49,484 bases of DNA. Origin: a virus. The notes beneath the pieces were generated by a model. It had not been told where the DNA came from. It did not search any database and worked only from the letters and a program-made list of their open reading frames with translations. This document shows positions 38,525 to 46,699 of this stretch, piece after piece. Position numbers and translations under genes: made by a program. Position 1 is the first letter of the stretch. Every line of letters begins with the position of its first letter. Where the stretch lies: positions 1 to 49,484 of the IMG/VR virus record IMGVR_UViG_3300035156_000182. One strand, 5' to 3'.

Positions 38525-38880
38525 GCCGGGCTGTCGGGGTCGCCCTTCACATAGGCGACCCGGTTGCGCGCCGAGCGCGCGGCGACGATCAGCTTCAGGT
38601 GTTTGCGCGCGCCGGCCGTGATGCGCCACACCACCGCACCGACGAAGCTGGCCGACGCGAGGAAGGTCGCGCCGTCAAAGCTGGCCATCCATGCGCGCAG
38701 GGCGTTCAGGTCGCGCGCCGACAGGATGGTCAGCAGCGCGGGGAAGCTGGTCGCCACGATCAGCAGCGCGCCGAGGAAGGTGCCGCCGATCGCCTTGGCA
38801 GGCGTCGGGTCGACGGCGATCGGCGTTTCGACCTTCACCGGGGCCGGCAGGTCGGTGGTCGGGTCTAGCGGTTCAGTCAC
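38521..38880 (-). CDS. Two-TM membrane protein downstream of the endolysin (holin/antiholin or spanin-like role possible)
   Basis: 119 aa from GTG 38880 with an AGGAG RBS. TM segments: AIGGTFLGALLIVATSFPALLTIL and ATFLASASFVGAVVWRI. Confidence 0.5.
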   Translation of the reverse strand: MTEPLDPTTDLPAPVKVETPIAVDPTPAKAIGGTFLGALLIVATSFPALLTILSARDLNALRAWMASFDGATFLASASFVGAVVWRITAGARKHLKLIVAARSARNRVAYVKGDPDSPA

Positions 38881-38891
38881 GGGCGTTGCTC

Positions 38892-39452
38892 CTACAGGCC
38901 GACGCGGTTCGCGAGCCATCCGAACACGAAGTCTTCGTTGGCGGTGCGCGATCGCGCCAGTTGCTTGTAGCGCGCGCCTTGGTCGCTGTTCAGCCCCTTA
39001 AGCATGACGGCGTCGGCCGCTTCCGCCCCGCGCCGCTCGCGCAGCTTGCGGAACGCTTCGATGGTGCGCGGTCCGATTCCGCCCTTCGGCTGGTCGGCAT
39101 CCTCGGGAATATCCGCATAGTCGCGGCCCTGCCGATTGAGGGCGTTCAACCACTGTTGGAACCACAGCGCGGGCACGCTCGGCCCCATGTTCACGCCCGT
39201 GTCGAACAATTCTTCAGCGACTGCCGGCGACAGGCTGGCCACGCGCGCGAAGCCGGGGGCGATCAGATAAACTTGCCGATAGATGGCGACGGCCCGCCCG
39301 CGTTCTAGGTCGGCCATGTCGCCGTTGTACCCGTGCGCGCGTGCGACGGCTTCGGTGATGCCCCACATGGTTTTGCCGCCCCGGTCGCTCGGGTGGTCGC
39401 TATAGCGGCCCTCTTTGCCGATCGTCGTTTCGATCATCGACTCGATTGTCAT
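38892..39452 (-). CDS. Endolysin, glycoside hydrolase family 108 with a peptidoglycan-binding C-domain
   Basis: 186 aa from ATG 39452. Motif: IGKEGRYSDHPSDRGGKTMWGIT (the GH108 EGGY..D.GG.T..GIT signature). ATGA overlap with the holin-like gene. Confidence 0.85.
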   Translation of the reverse strand: MTIESMIETTIGKEGRYSDHPSDRGGKTMWGITEAVARAHGYNGDMADLERGRAVAIYRQVYLIAPGFARVASLSPAVAEELFDTGVNMGPSVPALWFQQWLNALNRQGRDYADIPEDADQPKGGIGPRTIEAFRKLRERRGAEAADAVMLKGLNSDQGARYKQLARSRTANEDFVFGWLANRVGL

Positions 39453-39826
39453 GGCCGCCCTTTCGATGCCCGCCGCTCGGCGAGATATTCGCCCGCGATC
39501 CGGTTCAGCTCGGCGTTCCGAACCGCGTGTCGGTCCCGACGAATGCCGCCGGTGACGATGTAGAGCAACACGCCGAAGCGCGCCACGTTGAACGACCAGC
39601 CGTCGAACGGGGTGTCGGGCATCCATATCGCAGGGGTCGCCATGACGATGCCGCCAGCGATTGCCCCCATAGCGACACGCTCGGCGCGGTTGTACGCGGT
39701 CGGGTAGCGGAGCAAGCGGAACACGAGATAGCCGACGATATACAGCCCCATTAGGCCGTTCACGTAGGGCATGACCGTGAACACGGCGTCGAATAGCTGG
39801 CGGGTCAGGTTGTGCGGTTCCGACAT
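39449..39826 (-). CDS. Holin-like membrane protein (3 predicted TM)
   Basis: 125 aa with hydrophobic segments (FTVMPYVNGLMGLYIVGYLVF, VAMGAIAGGIVMATPAIW, ARFGVLLYIVTGGI). It lies immediately upstream of the endolysin. Confidence 0.6.
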   Translation of the reverse strand: MSEPHNLTRQLFDAVFTVMPYVNGLMGLYIVGYLVFRLLRYPTAYNRAERVAMGAIAGGIVMATPAIWMPDTPFDGWSFNVARFGVLLYIVTGGIRRDRHAVRNAELNRIAGEYLAERRASKGRP

Positions 39827-40182
39827 TATTCCGGCTCCTGTACGGGCGGCCCCGGCAGGCGATCAATCCACGCCCCAATTTTCCGCACCACCCGTTCGAT
39901 TAGCGACGTCGCCGACAATCCAACCAAGCAATATATTGCGCCGACCATTTCAGAGTCGCCGCGAGTTGCTACGCCCAACGTCCACCGAACCACAAGGGGG
40001 CCGAGAAACACGGCCGCGATGGTTCCTGCCAACACATTGAAAGCCTTCTTTTTTGGTGCCGCGCTTTCGTTGCGCGCTAGGCCAAGGCTGATGATCGCCC
40101 CGCCGAGGCCGCCGAGCATCGGCCACACGATCGGCCACAGCTCGGCAAAGCGGCGCGGCAGCTCGGGGTCGTCGTGGTTCAT
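39826..40182 (-). CDS. Membrane protein (second holin-like gene)
   Basis: 118 aa from ATG 40182 (MNHDDPELPRRFAELWPIVWPMLGGLGGAIISLGL..) with 3 hydrophobic segments. Confidence 0.55.
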   Translation of the reverse strand: MNHDDPELPRRFAELWPIVWPMLGGLGGAIISLGLARNESAAPKKKAFNVLAGTIAAVFLGPLVVRWTLGVATRGDSEMVGAIYCLVGLSATSLIERVVRKIGAWIDRLPGPPVQEPE

Positions 40183-40307
40183 TCTGGCGGCCCCCGGTCG
40201 TCGGGTGGGGGCGACTTCCCCACCGTTACGCAAAGATACAACGCGCCCGCCATAGCGAAGGCTACGCCCGCGCACCACAGGGGGGCAAATGTCTCGACGA
40301 TGGTCAT
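40179..40307 (-). CDS. Small single-TM peptide (42 aa, below the ORF-track cutoff)
   Basis: My translation: MTIVETFAPLWCAGVAFAMAGALYLCVTVGKSPPPDDRGPPE. It starts 1 nt after the upstream stop and has an ATGA overlap with the next membrane gene. Confidence 0.35.
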   Translation of the reverse strand: MTIVETFAPLWCAGVAFAMAGALYLCVTVGKSPPPDDRGPPE

Positions 40308-40308
40308 G

Positions 40309-41061
40309 TCACAACCATTCGTTGACGCGGAGCGACCACCGCGAAGCACCAGGGGCGAAGCGATCGTATGCGTCGATTTTCGCCAGCAACCCGTAGTGAA
40401 GGCCTTCGTTTTGACCGGCCACCCGGTCGGGGTCCTCGGCGACGATGATGCGACGGCTTTCGCCGGTGTTGCGCAGCATCCGGTAAAGGGTTTGCACTTC
40501 GGCGTCGGTCAGGTCGCCCATGGTCCATTGCCACCACGGCGCAATGGCACCTTCGTCGATGCCGAACCCGCCGCCGAACAGGCGCGTGACAGTCGACGTG
40601 TCGTCGAGGCCGCGCCCCGACCCGTATTCGCGGCCGTAGTAGGGCTGGAATGCCAAGCCGAGGGCGGCGACGCCGAGCTGCCATGCGACGTTACCCGTGC
40701 CGCCGTTCAATTGGATTTGCCAGTAACGCGACGTCATCGGCGCGCCTGCGCGATAAAACGCGTGATAAGGCGGCCCGCCGCCAAGCGCTGTCGCCTGCGC
40801 GACCGGAAACAGCACCCCGGTTTGTGCACCGCCGAGCGAACCCGTGCTGATGACCACGAACTGTTGGTCGGCCGTCGCGGTATGGTAGCCGAGAAACAGC
40901 GAATCGACGGCCACCGCCGTGCCGAAGTCGATGTTGATGTTGCCGCCGGTGCCGGGCACTAGCATCGTCTCTTTCGGGTCCGATGTCAGGGCGCGGTCAT
41001 AGGTTGCCACCCCGCTGGCGGCGGTCGGCGCATAGGGCTTCACGATGACAAGCGACGACAT
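40309..41061 (-). CDS. Hypothetical tail-module protein
   Basis: 250-aa ORF, the last of the run of genes downstream of the giant tail protein. No motif recognised. Confidence 0.6.
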   Translation of the reverse strand: MSSLVIVKPYAPTAASGVATYDRALTSDPKETMLVPGTGGNINIDFGTAVAVDSLFLGYHTATADQQFVVISTGSLGGAQTGVLFPVAQATALGGGPPYHAFYRAGAPMTSRYWQIQLNGGTGNVAWQLGVAALGLAFQPYYGREYGSGRGLDDTSTVTRLFGGGFGIDEGAIAPWWQWTMGDLTDAEVQTLYRMLRNTGESRRIIVAEDPDRVAGQNEGLHYGLLAKIDAYDRFAPGASRWSLRVNEWL

Positions 41062-41064
41062 AGC

Positions 41065-41430
41065 TTAGAGCCTTTTCAGCACCGACAATTCGGTCGTGTT
41101 GCCGTCGTTCGCCTCGACCGCGCCGAGCACGAACACTTCGACCCCGGCGTCGGTGTAGCCGAGCCGGTCGCCGCGTATCGTCACAATCTTGCCGACAAGG
41201 TCGTGCTGCAATCCCGCGACGACGTGGCGATCGCGCACCAGCGGGCCGGCCAGGAACGTGGCCTGCCGCGCGGCCTCGGCGACCGCTTCGCTGGTGAACG
41301 CGAGCGGCGACATGATGGTCGAGCTGGCCGCCTTGTCGCCCCACTTCGCGAGCGAACCGGCCACGGTGACGGTCACATATGCCGCGTCGCTTTTCAGGTA
41401 CGTGACATATGCGGGGTCGACGGCGGGCAC
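41065..41430 (-). CDS. Hypothetical tail-module protein
   Basis: 121-aa ORF with a GTG start at 41430, 3 nt after the upstream stop. Confidence 0.55.
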   Translation of the reverse strand: MPAVDPAYVTYLKSDAAYVTVTVAGSLAKWGDKAASSTIMSPLAFTSEAVAEAARQATFLAGPLVRDRHVVAGLQHDLVGKIVTIRGDRLGYTDAGVEVFVLGAVEANDGNTTELSVLKRL

Positions 41431-41433
41431 GAA

Positions 41434-41865
41434 TTATTGCGCCGGGCCGACGGGGTTCGACGGCGTGTCGTCGGCCTCGGCCTCGCGCCGCTTCATGCGA
41501 GGCGACGGGGCCGGGTCATCGGCTTTCTTTTGCGGCTTGCGATCGCCGGCCGCGAACTTGTCGCCGCGCTCGCGCCGAAGCGCCAGCGCCATTTTCTCGC
41601 CGCGCTCGGCGACGTGCAATTCGTGATAACCGTTCCCGGCGGCGAACGCGGCGAGCTGCGCGCCGAGCAATTTGCCGGCCTTGTCGAATTCGTCGGCGCG
41701 CGCGAACAGCAATTCGGCACCCTCGGCGATGACCACCACCGGCGAAATGTTCGCGGCGATGGCCTTCATGTCGGCCAAGGTGTCGGCCTCGACGGTGGCC
41801 GGGGCATTCTCGGCGTAGTCGCGAAAGGCGTCGCGCGCGGTGATGATGTCGGGCAGCGGGGTCAT
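41434..41865 (-). CDS. Hypothetical protein with a basic/acidic C-terminal tail
   Basis: 143-aa ORF with ATG 41865 and GGAG 10 nt upstream. Confidence 0.55.
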   Translation of the reverse strand: MTPLPDIITARDAFRDYAENAPATVEADTLADMKAIAANISPVVVIAEGAELLFARADEFDKAGKLLGAQLAAFAAGNGYHELHVAERGEKMALALRRERGDKFAAGDRKPQKKADDPAPSPRMKRREAEADDTPSNPVGPAQ

Positions 41866-41916
41866 GGGCGGTGCTCCAGGTTGTGCGGCCTTATAGGGCG
41901 CGGCACCGCGCTCGCG

Positions 41917-42654
41917 CTAGATGCCCGTCACGTCGACAATCAACACGGTGCCGTCGTATGAACCGTTCGCCCCGGCGGGCGGGCTTTGCGTGGTGCCGTG
42001 CGGGGTTCCCGAGTGCTGGAGCTGGCCGAAAAACAGCTTGTGCGGTTGTGCCGGATCGACCTCGACGGACGCACCCGCGCCGACGAAGCGATACCATGTT
42101 TCGCCCTCGGGAATCTGCTGGTTGCCGCCGGGGCCGATGATGAAGTCGGCCACTTCATAGCCGAAATATCCGATGTAGCCGGGGAAGGCGGCGGCATAGA
42201 TGCGACCAGGGGTGCCGACGAATTGCGACACGGGGAACACGCCCCCGCCGGTCGACAGCACCGCCGCAATCCGCATCGGCCGTTGTGCCGAGCTGTAGGT
42301 CACCGCGCCGGCCGCGTCATAGAGCACCAGCCGGGGGCCGCTCGGCGGCGGCATAATATACGGGCGTTCGAACACATAAGCGTCGATCCCGACGCCCGTG
42401 GCCAGCACGGCGTATTGATAGCCGGGCGACCCGCCGCCAATTAGCCCCATTTGCGTGATTGGCCCGCCGCTTGGCCGCACCGCGATCAGCGGGAAGTTTG
42501 ACACGTTCCAAGCATAGTCGACCCGCTTGCCGGGGGTGCGCTCGTAGTTAAAGCTCGCGACCGCCGACAGCTTCGATTTGAATTGTAGCGACGGCGCGTT
42601 CGCGTCGAGCTGGAGCTTTCCCGCTTCGTTGTAAATCTTGAACACGACCGGCAT
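41917..42654 (-). CDS. Hypothetical tail-module protein
   Basis: 245-aa ORF with a 1-nt overlap onto the upstream gene. Confidence 0.6.
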   Translation of the reverse strand: MPVVFKIYNEAGKLQLDANAPSLQFKSKLSAVASFNYERTPGKRVDYAWNVSNFPLIAVRPSGGPITQMGLIGGGSPGYQYAVLATGVGIDAYVFERPYIMPPPSGPRLVLYDAAGAVTYSSAQRPMRIAAVLSTGGGVFPVSQFVGTPGRIYAAAFPGYIGYFGYEVADFIIGPGGNQQIPEGETWYRFVGAGASVEVDPAQPHKLFFGQLQHSGTPHGTTQSPPAGANGSYDGTVLIVDVTGI

Positions 42655-42947
42655 TAGGCGACCCCGTAGAGCACGTTATAGACGCCCGACGGCGGAAACT
42701 GGCCGGCCGAATTCTTACTGCGCGCCCATGTCAGGGTGGTGCCGGCGATCGTGATTAGCGGCGTGACTTCGCCTGTGGCCAGCACCATGGCGAACGGCGT
42801 GCCCTCGGCGAACGACGCATTGACCAAGCTGCCGTTCGGGTTGCTGGCATAGTCGATGGTTAGCAAGCCGAGGATGGTCGCCGTCGTCATCGTTTCGTCG
42901 AGTGACACGGTGCCGTCGGCATCCCATAGGCGAAGGCTGAACCCCAT
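42654..42947 (-). CDS. Hypothetical tail-module protein
   Basis: 97-aa ORF with a 1-nt overlap (TGATG) onto the giant tail gene. Confidence 0.55.
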   Translation of the reverse strand: MGFSLRLWDADGTVSLDETMTTATILGLLTIDYASNPNGSLVNASFAEGTPFAMVLATGEVTPLITIAGTTLTWARSKNSAGQFPPSGVYNVLYGVA

Positions 42948-45900
42948 CAGGTGATTTCGAGCTGCACGCGCAGGCGGTTCGCGTCGTATCCGCGCAGGCC
43001 GTTATTATCCAATTCGAAGCGCTGGCCGCTGGTCGCCGTGCGCAACAGGCCAATCGTGCTGGTGATGGCCGACAGCGACGCGACGTTGAAATCGCCCTGA
43101 CCGACTTGGTTTTTCGTCGCAAGCGAACCCTGCCCGGCGAAGCCTGCCGCCGTGTTTCGCGCCGTCACGTCGGCGTGAAACAGGAACGCTAGATCAGTGA
43201 TGCGGTTCGGCGTGCTGTTGACCAGCGCAACCGCGCCATAAAGGCCTTCGCCCGCGCCAACATTTAGGGCCAGGGGCAGGAAGCCGATATAATGGTCGTC
43301 AGCGTAGTATTCGACGCGGTCGATGCCGTTCCATACGCACTCGAACACAGTATTTTCGCCGAAGGTCACGAAGTCTCGGGACGTTCCAATTGATACGCCC
43401 GAACCGCCGATCGAATAAACGTACCAATTGCCGTCGCTGCTGCGATGCCATCCGGCAATTTGAACGTAGGTCGCCCCCGGTTGGGCGGTCGCGTATTTGC
43501 TGAAACCCATGAAGGTTCCGGCTGTCGGCAACTTGCCTCGAATGCGGCAAGGGCCTCGAACGAAACGGTTGGTGGCCGCGTAGCAGCTCCAATCGCCGGT
43601 TTCGCCTCGGGCGTGTACGCCGCTGCCGCTGGCACGGGTAGGCGCGTTCGGCACGAATACGGTGTCGGCGGTCGCGTTGTCGGCCGGTCGGCCGTCGCCG
43701 CCGACGCCCGCCGACCAGTTGGTGACGGGCACGATTTCGATTTCGTCAATTATCAGTCGGTCGGGGCCGTTGGTCCAGTTATGAACGACAGGCGACGCGA
43801 ACTTTTTCGTGGCGGTGAACCGGAATTCGAAAACCGACAGGCCGATGCCGATTGCCGCATTCTCGCGAAAACCAGTTTGCGCGCTGACGTTGCCGCTGAC
43901 CGCCCCGCCGCCGCCATTGGCCGCGTCGCCTTCATAGACTCGCAGGTACACGCCCGACGGCGTGGCGTTGCTCGCGTACATGATCGCGCGCAGCACGTAT
44001 TCGCGCCCGACCAGCATCGGAACCGCGCGCCACGCTATCGCCGCACCAGCCGAGGCGTTTCCGTTCACGTTGCGCGCAATGTAGAAAGCTGCCGCGCCCT
44101 TCACGGCCTCCAGCGGGCCGGTGACGCCGATTGTCATGCCGCCCGCGTCTTCATAGCCGGGGATGGTTCCCGCTAAGGTGCCTTGCTCGGCGTCGCCGTT
44201 GAAAACGAGATTGGTGCCCCGCGTGGCGAATAGCTCGGGCTTGCCGGCCCCGTCGACCCGCGTCGCGAAATCGGCCGCGTTCAGCGTGGCAAGCGCGCCC
44301 TGCCCCGTGAAGCCTGCCGCCACGCCCTGCGCGGTGATGGTGTTCGCGTCGGTCAGCAGCGTGCCGCCGTTCGCGGTCAGAATGTCGCCGCCGAGGCGCG
44401 GGCGGTATGCCGCGTTGAAATTGCGGCCCCATGCCCCCCAGGTCGAGCCGTTCGCCGAAGCGCGTTCGTATATCTGGCCGAGGCTGTCGACCAGCGTTTG
44501 CTTCACGGGGCCGCCGCCGTCGTTCGGCCATTGCGTGACCGTCAACAGGTGACCGAAGCCGCTAGACCCTGTCCCGGCAAAGCCGGCATTCTTGAATTCC
44601 TGCCGCTCGCCGACGCCCAAGTCATAGTAATATTGCGGGCTGAAATCGAAATCGCGCGTGTCGAGGATGCGCCCGGCATATTCCTTCGGCTTGGTTGCGC
44701 CGCCGACGTCGAGCGTGAAGTCGGCCGTCGACTTCGTGGCAAGCGCGCCTTGGCCGAGGATCGACGCGGCCGACCCCTGCGAAGTGATGACCTGCGAATT
44801 GTTCAGCACCACGCCAAAACTGTCGGTGACGCGACTGCCGAGCGATGCGAAATTGAGGGTGGCCAACGCGCCTTGGCCGACGAACCCGCCAGCCGTCCCC
44901 AGGCTGGTGATGACCCCCCCGTCGGTCAGCCAAGCGTTACCCGCTTCGTTCACCAGCCCGTTGTTCGGGCCGAGGCGCATCCATCCGTTCGACTGTAGAA
45001 AATCCAGCTTACTGGTGGGCTGGCCGACCAGCGTCGCCCATGCGGCCTGACCGGCGATCGCGGCGGCGACGCCCTGCGCGGTGATGAGCTGCGCGGCGGT
45101 CAGAATGTTGCCGCCGCCGTCCGTGATGCGCGACCCAACCTGCGCGTAGTTGAGCGTCGCAAGTGCCCCTTGCCCGGCAAATCCGGCCGCATTGTTCGCG
45201 CTGGTCACGTCGGCGTTGTTCGCCGGCTTTTGCGCGCCACCGACTTGCGTCGCGAAGTCGGCGGCATTCAACGTCGCCAATGCACCTTGGCCGGCGAATC
45301 CTGCCGAGTTGCCGAGCGACGTGATGACCTGCCCGTTGTTCAGGATATTGCCCTGCGCGTCGGTCACGCGCGAACCGAGCTGCGCGAAATTCAGCGTCGC
45401 AAGCGCGCCCTGACCAGCGAACCCGGCGGCCGTGTTCAGGCCGGTAACATTCGCGCCGGCTTGCGCAGGCTTCAGCGACTCGAGTGTCGTGCCGTCGGCA
45501 TAGGTGACGTCGGCCCCGGTCAGCAGCGCGGCGGATATTTCGCCATCGTTGTGCACGCGAGCGTTGCGCAGGTATCCCACCCGGCGGGTCAACAGCGGCG
45601 GGAAATAGGCCTCGCGCCGAACTTCCTGCGAAACCAGGGTCGCGGTTGACGCGGTCCACTCCCACCGGCCTATGACAATCTGGCCGGCCCCGGTCAGCGT
45701 CCAATTCAGCGACGCACCGGCAAGCAATCGGTCGAGCACCCCGCCGACCGTTTCGCTGGTGTCATCGACGTGCACGCCCGACGTGACGTTGCGCCACCCG
45801 GCGGCGGCGGCCGTGTTCGTCACGGTCATGCCCGGCGCATAGGTCGCGGCGACCAGCTCGGCGAGATAGGCGGGCACGTAGCTGCCGGGGTGCGCGCCGT

Positions 45901-46690
45901 TCAGGTCGGCGGTTAGGGGGCCGCTCGGCGTTGTCCACCACTTCACGCACGCGATCGACGGGGCGACCACACCGCCACCAGCAGGCGCGGCCGTGGCGCG
46001 CAGGGCGTTCAGCGTGGCGATCGCCGACCCCTGCCACCCGACCGCCGTCAACGGCCCTTCGCGGCCCTTGTCTTTCACCGCCGCAAACCCGGTGACCGCG
46101 CCCGACAGGGTGGTGTCGCCGAATTCGTAAATGCTGTTCGCCTTGTCGAGCAACCGCCCTTCGACGTTGAACACGGCCCCCCACGACCGGCGGCGCGGGC
46201 GGCCGGTGGCGTCGCTGCCGCCCTCCAGGTCGCCGGTGCCGAGAAAGTTGGTGACCAGCGCGGGCTTCGCGAGTGCACCCGACAGGTCGGAAACGATCAG
46301 GGTCAGCACGCCTTTGTCGACGCTCGCCGAGGCGACGCGGCCGACCAGCTCTATTTTCCATGTCGGTTCGCCGGGGGTGGCATCGTCACCCGACCGAATT
46401 TCGATCGGCGCGCCCGGCCAATAGAAGCTGGCGAGCGTGGCCGCCAAGGCCTTGTCATGGGTGAAGCACGCGACCGACGCGGTTTGCGGGATGGCCCCAC
46501 CTGTCCAACCCTCGGCGGTGAACTCCAGCGCGGCGGTGAAGCGCGGCAGGCGCACCCCGCTGGCGCGCCAATCGTTCCCGCCGCGATAACCCGTGTAGCC
46601 GCGCGATCCGCCGCCGGCCAAGCGCAGGGGAACGGTGACGGTGCCACCAGCCACCAGCGGCGCGGCCTCAAGTAGAACGACAAGCGCCAA
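42947..46690 (-). CDS. Giant tail fibre / host-specificity protein (1247 aa) with 8 copies of an AGFAGQGALATLN motif
   Basis: TTG start at 46690 with an AGGAA RBS. It overlaps the tape-measure stop by 9 nt outside the stop codon. The repeated motif is NTAAGFAGQGALATLNFAQLGSRVTD and variants. The C-terminal tip is TSGQRFELDNNGLRGYDANRLRVQLEIT. Confidence 0.7.
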   Translation of the reverse strand: MALVVLLEAAPLVAGGTVTVPLRLAGGGSRGYTGYRGGNDWRASGVRLPRFTAALEFTAEGWTGGAIPQTASVACFTHDKALAATLASFYWPGAPIEIRSGDDATPGEPTWKIELVGRVASASVDKGVLTLIVSDLSGALAKPALVTNFLGTGDLEGGSDATGRPRRRSWGAVFNVEGRLLDKANSIYEFGDTTLSGAVTGFAAVKDKGREGPLTAVGWQGSAIATLNALRATAAPAGGGVVAPSIACVKWWTTPSGPLTADLNGAHPGSYVPAYLAELVAATYAPGMTVTNTAAAAGWRNVTSGVHVDDTSETVGGVLDRLLAGASLNWTLTGAGQIVIGRWEWTASTATLVSQEVRREAYFPPLLTRRVGYLRNARVHNDGEISAALLTGADVTYADGTTLESLKPAQAGANVTGLNTAAGFAGQGALATLNFAQLGSRVTDAQGNILNNGQVITSLGNSAGFAGQGALATLNAADFATQVGGAQKPANNADVTSANNAAGFAGQGALATLNYAQVGSRITDGGGNILTAAQLITAQGVAAAIAGQAAWATLVGQPTSKLDFLQSNGWMRLGPNNGLVNEAGNAWLTDGGVITSLGTAGGFVGQGALATLNFASLGSRVTDSFGVVLNNSQVITSQGSAASILGQGALATKSTADFTLDVGGATKPKEYAGRILDTRDFDFSPQYYYDLGVGERQEFKNAGFAGTGSSGFGHLLTVTQWPNDGGGPVKQTLVDSLGQIYERASANGSTWGAWGRNFNAAYRPRLGGDILTANGGTLLTDANTITAQGVAAGFTGQGALATLNAADFATRVDGAGKPELFATRGTNLVFNGDAEQGTLAGTIPGYEDAGGMTIGVTGPLEAVKGAAAFYIARNVNGNASAGAAIAWRAVPMLVGREYVLRAIMYASNATPSGVYLRVYEGDAANGGGGAVSGNVSAQTGFRENAAIGIGLSVFEFRFTATKKFASPVVHNWTNGPDRLIIDEIEIVPVTNWSAGVGGDGRPADNATADTVFVPNAPTRASGSGVHARGETGDWSCYAATNRFVRGPCRIRGKLPTAGTFMGFSKYATAQPGATYVQIAGWHRSSDGNWYVYSIGGSGVSIGTSRDFVTFGENTVFECVWNGIDRVEYYADDHYIGFLPLALNVGAGEGLYGAVALVNSTPNRITDLAFLFHADVTARNTAAGFAGQGSLATKNQVGQGDFNVASLSAITSTIGLLRTATSGQRFELDNNGLRGYDANRLRVQLEIT

Positions 46691-46699
46691 GCCGGATTC

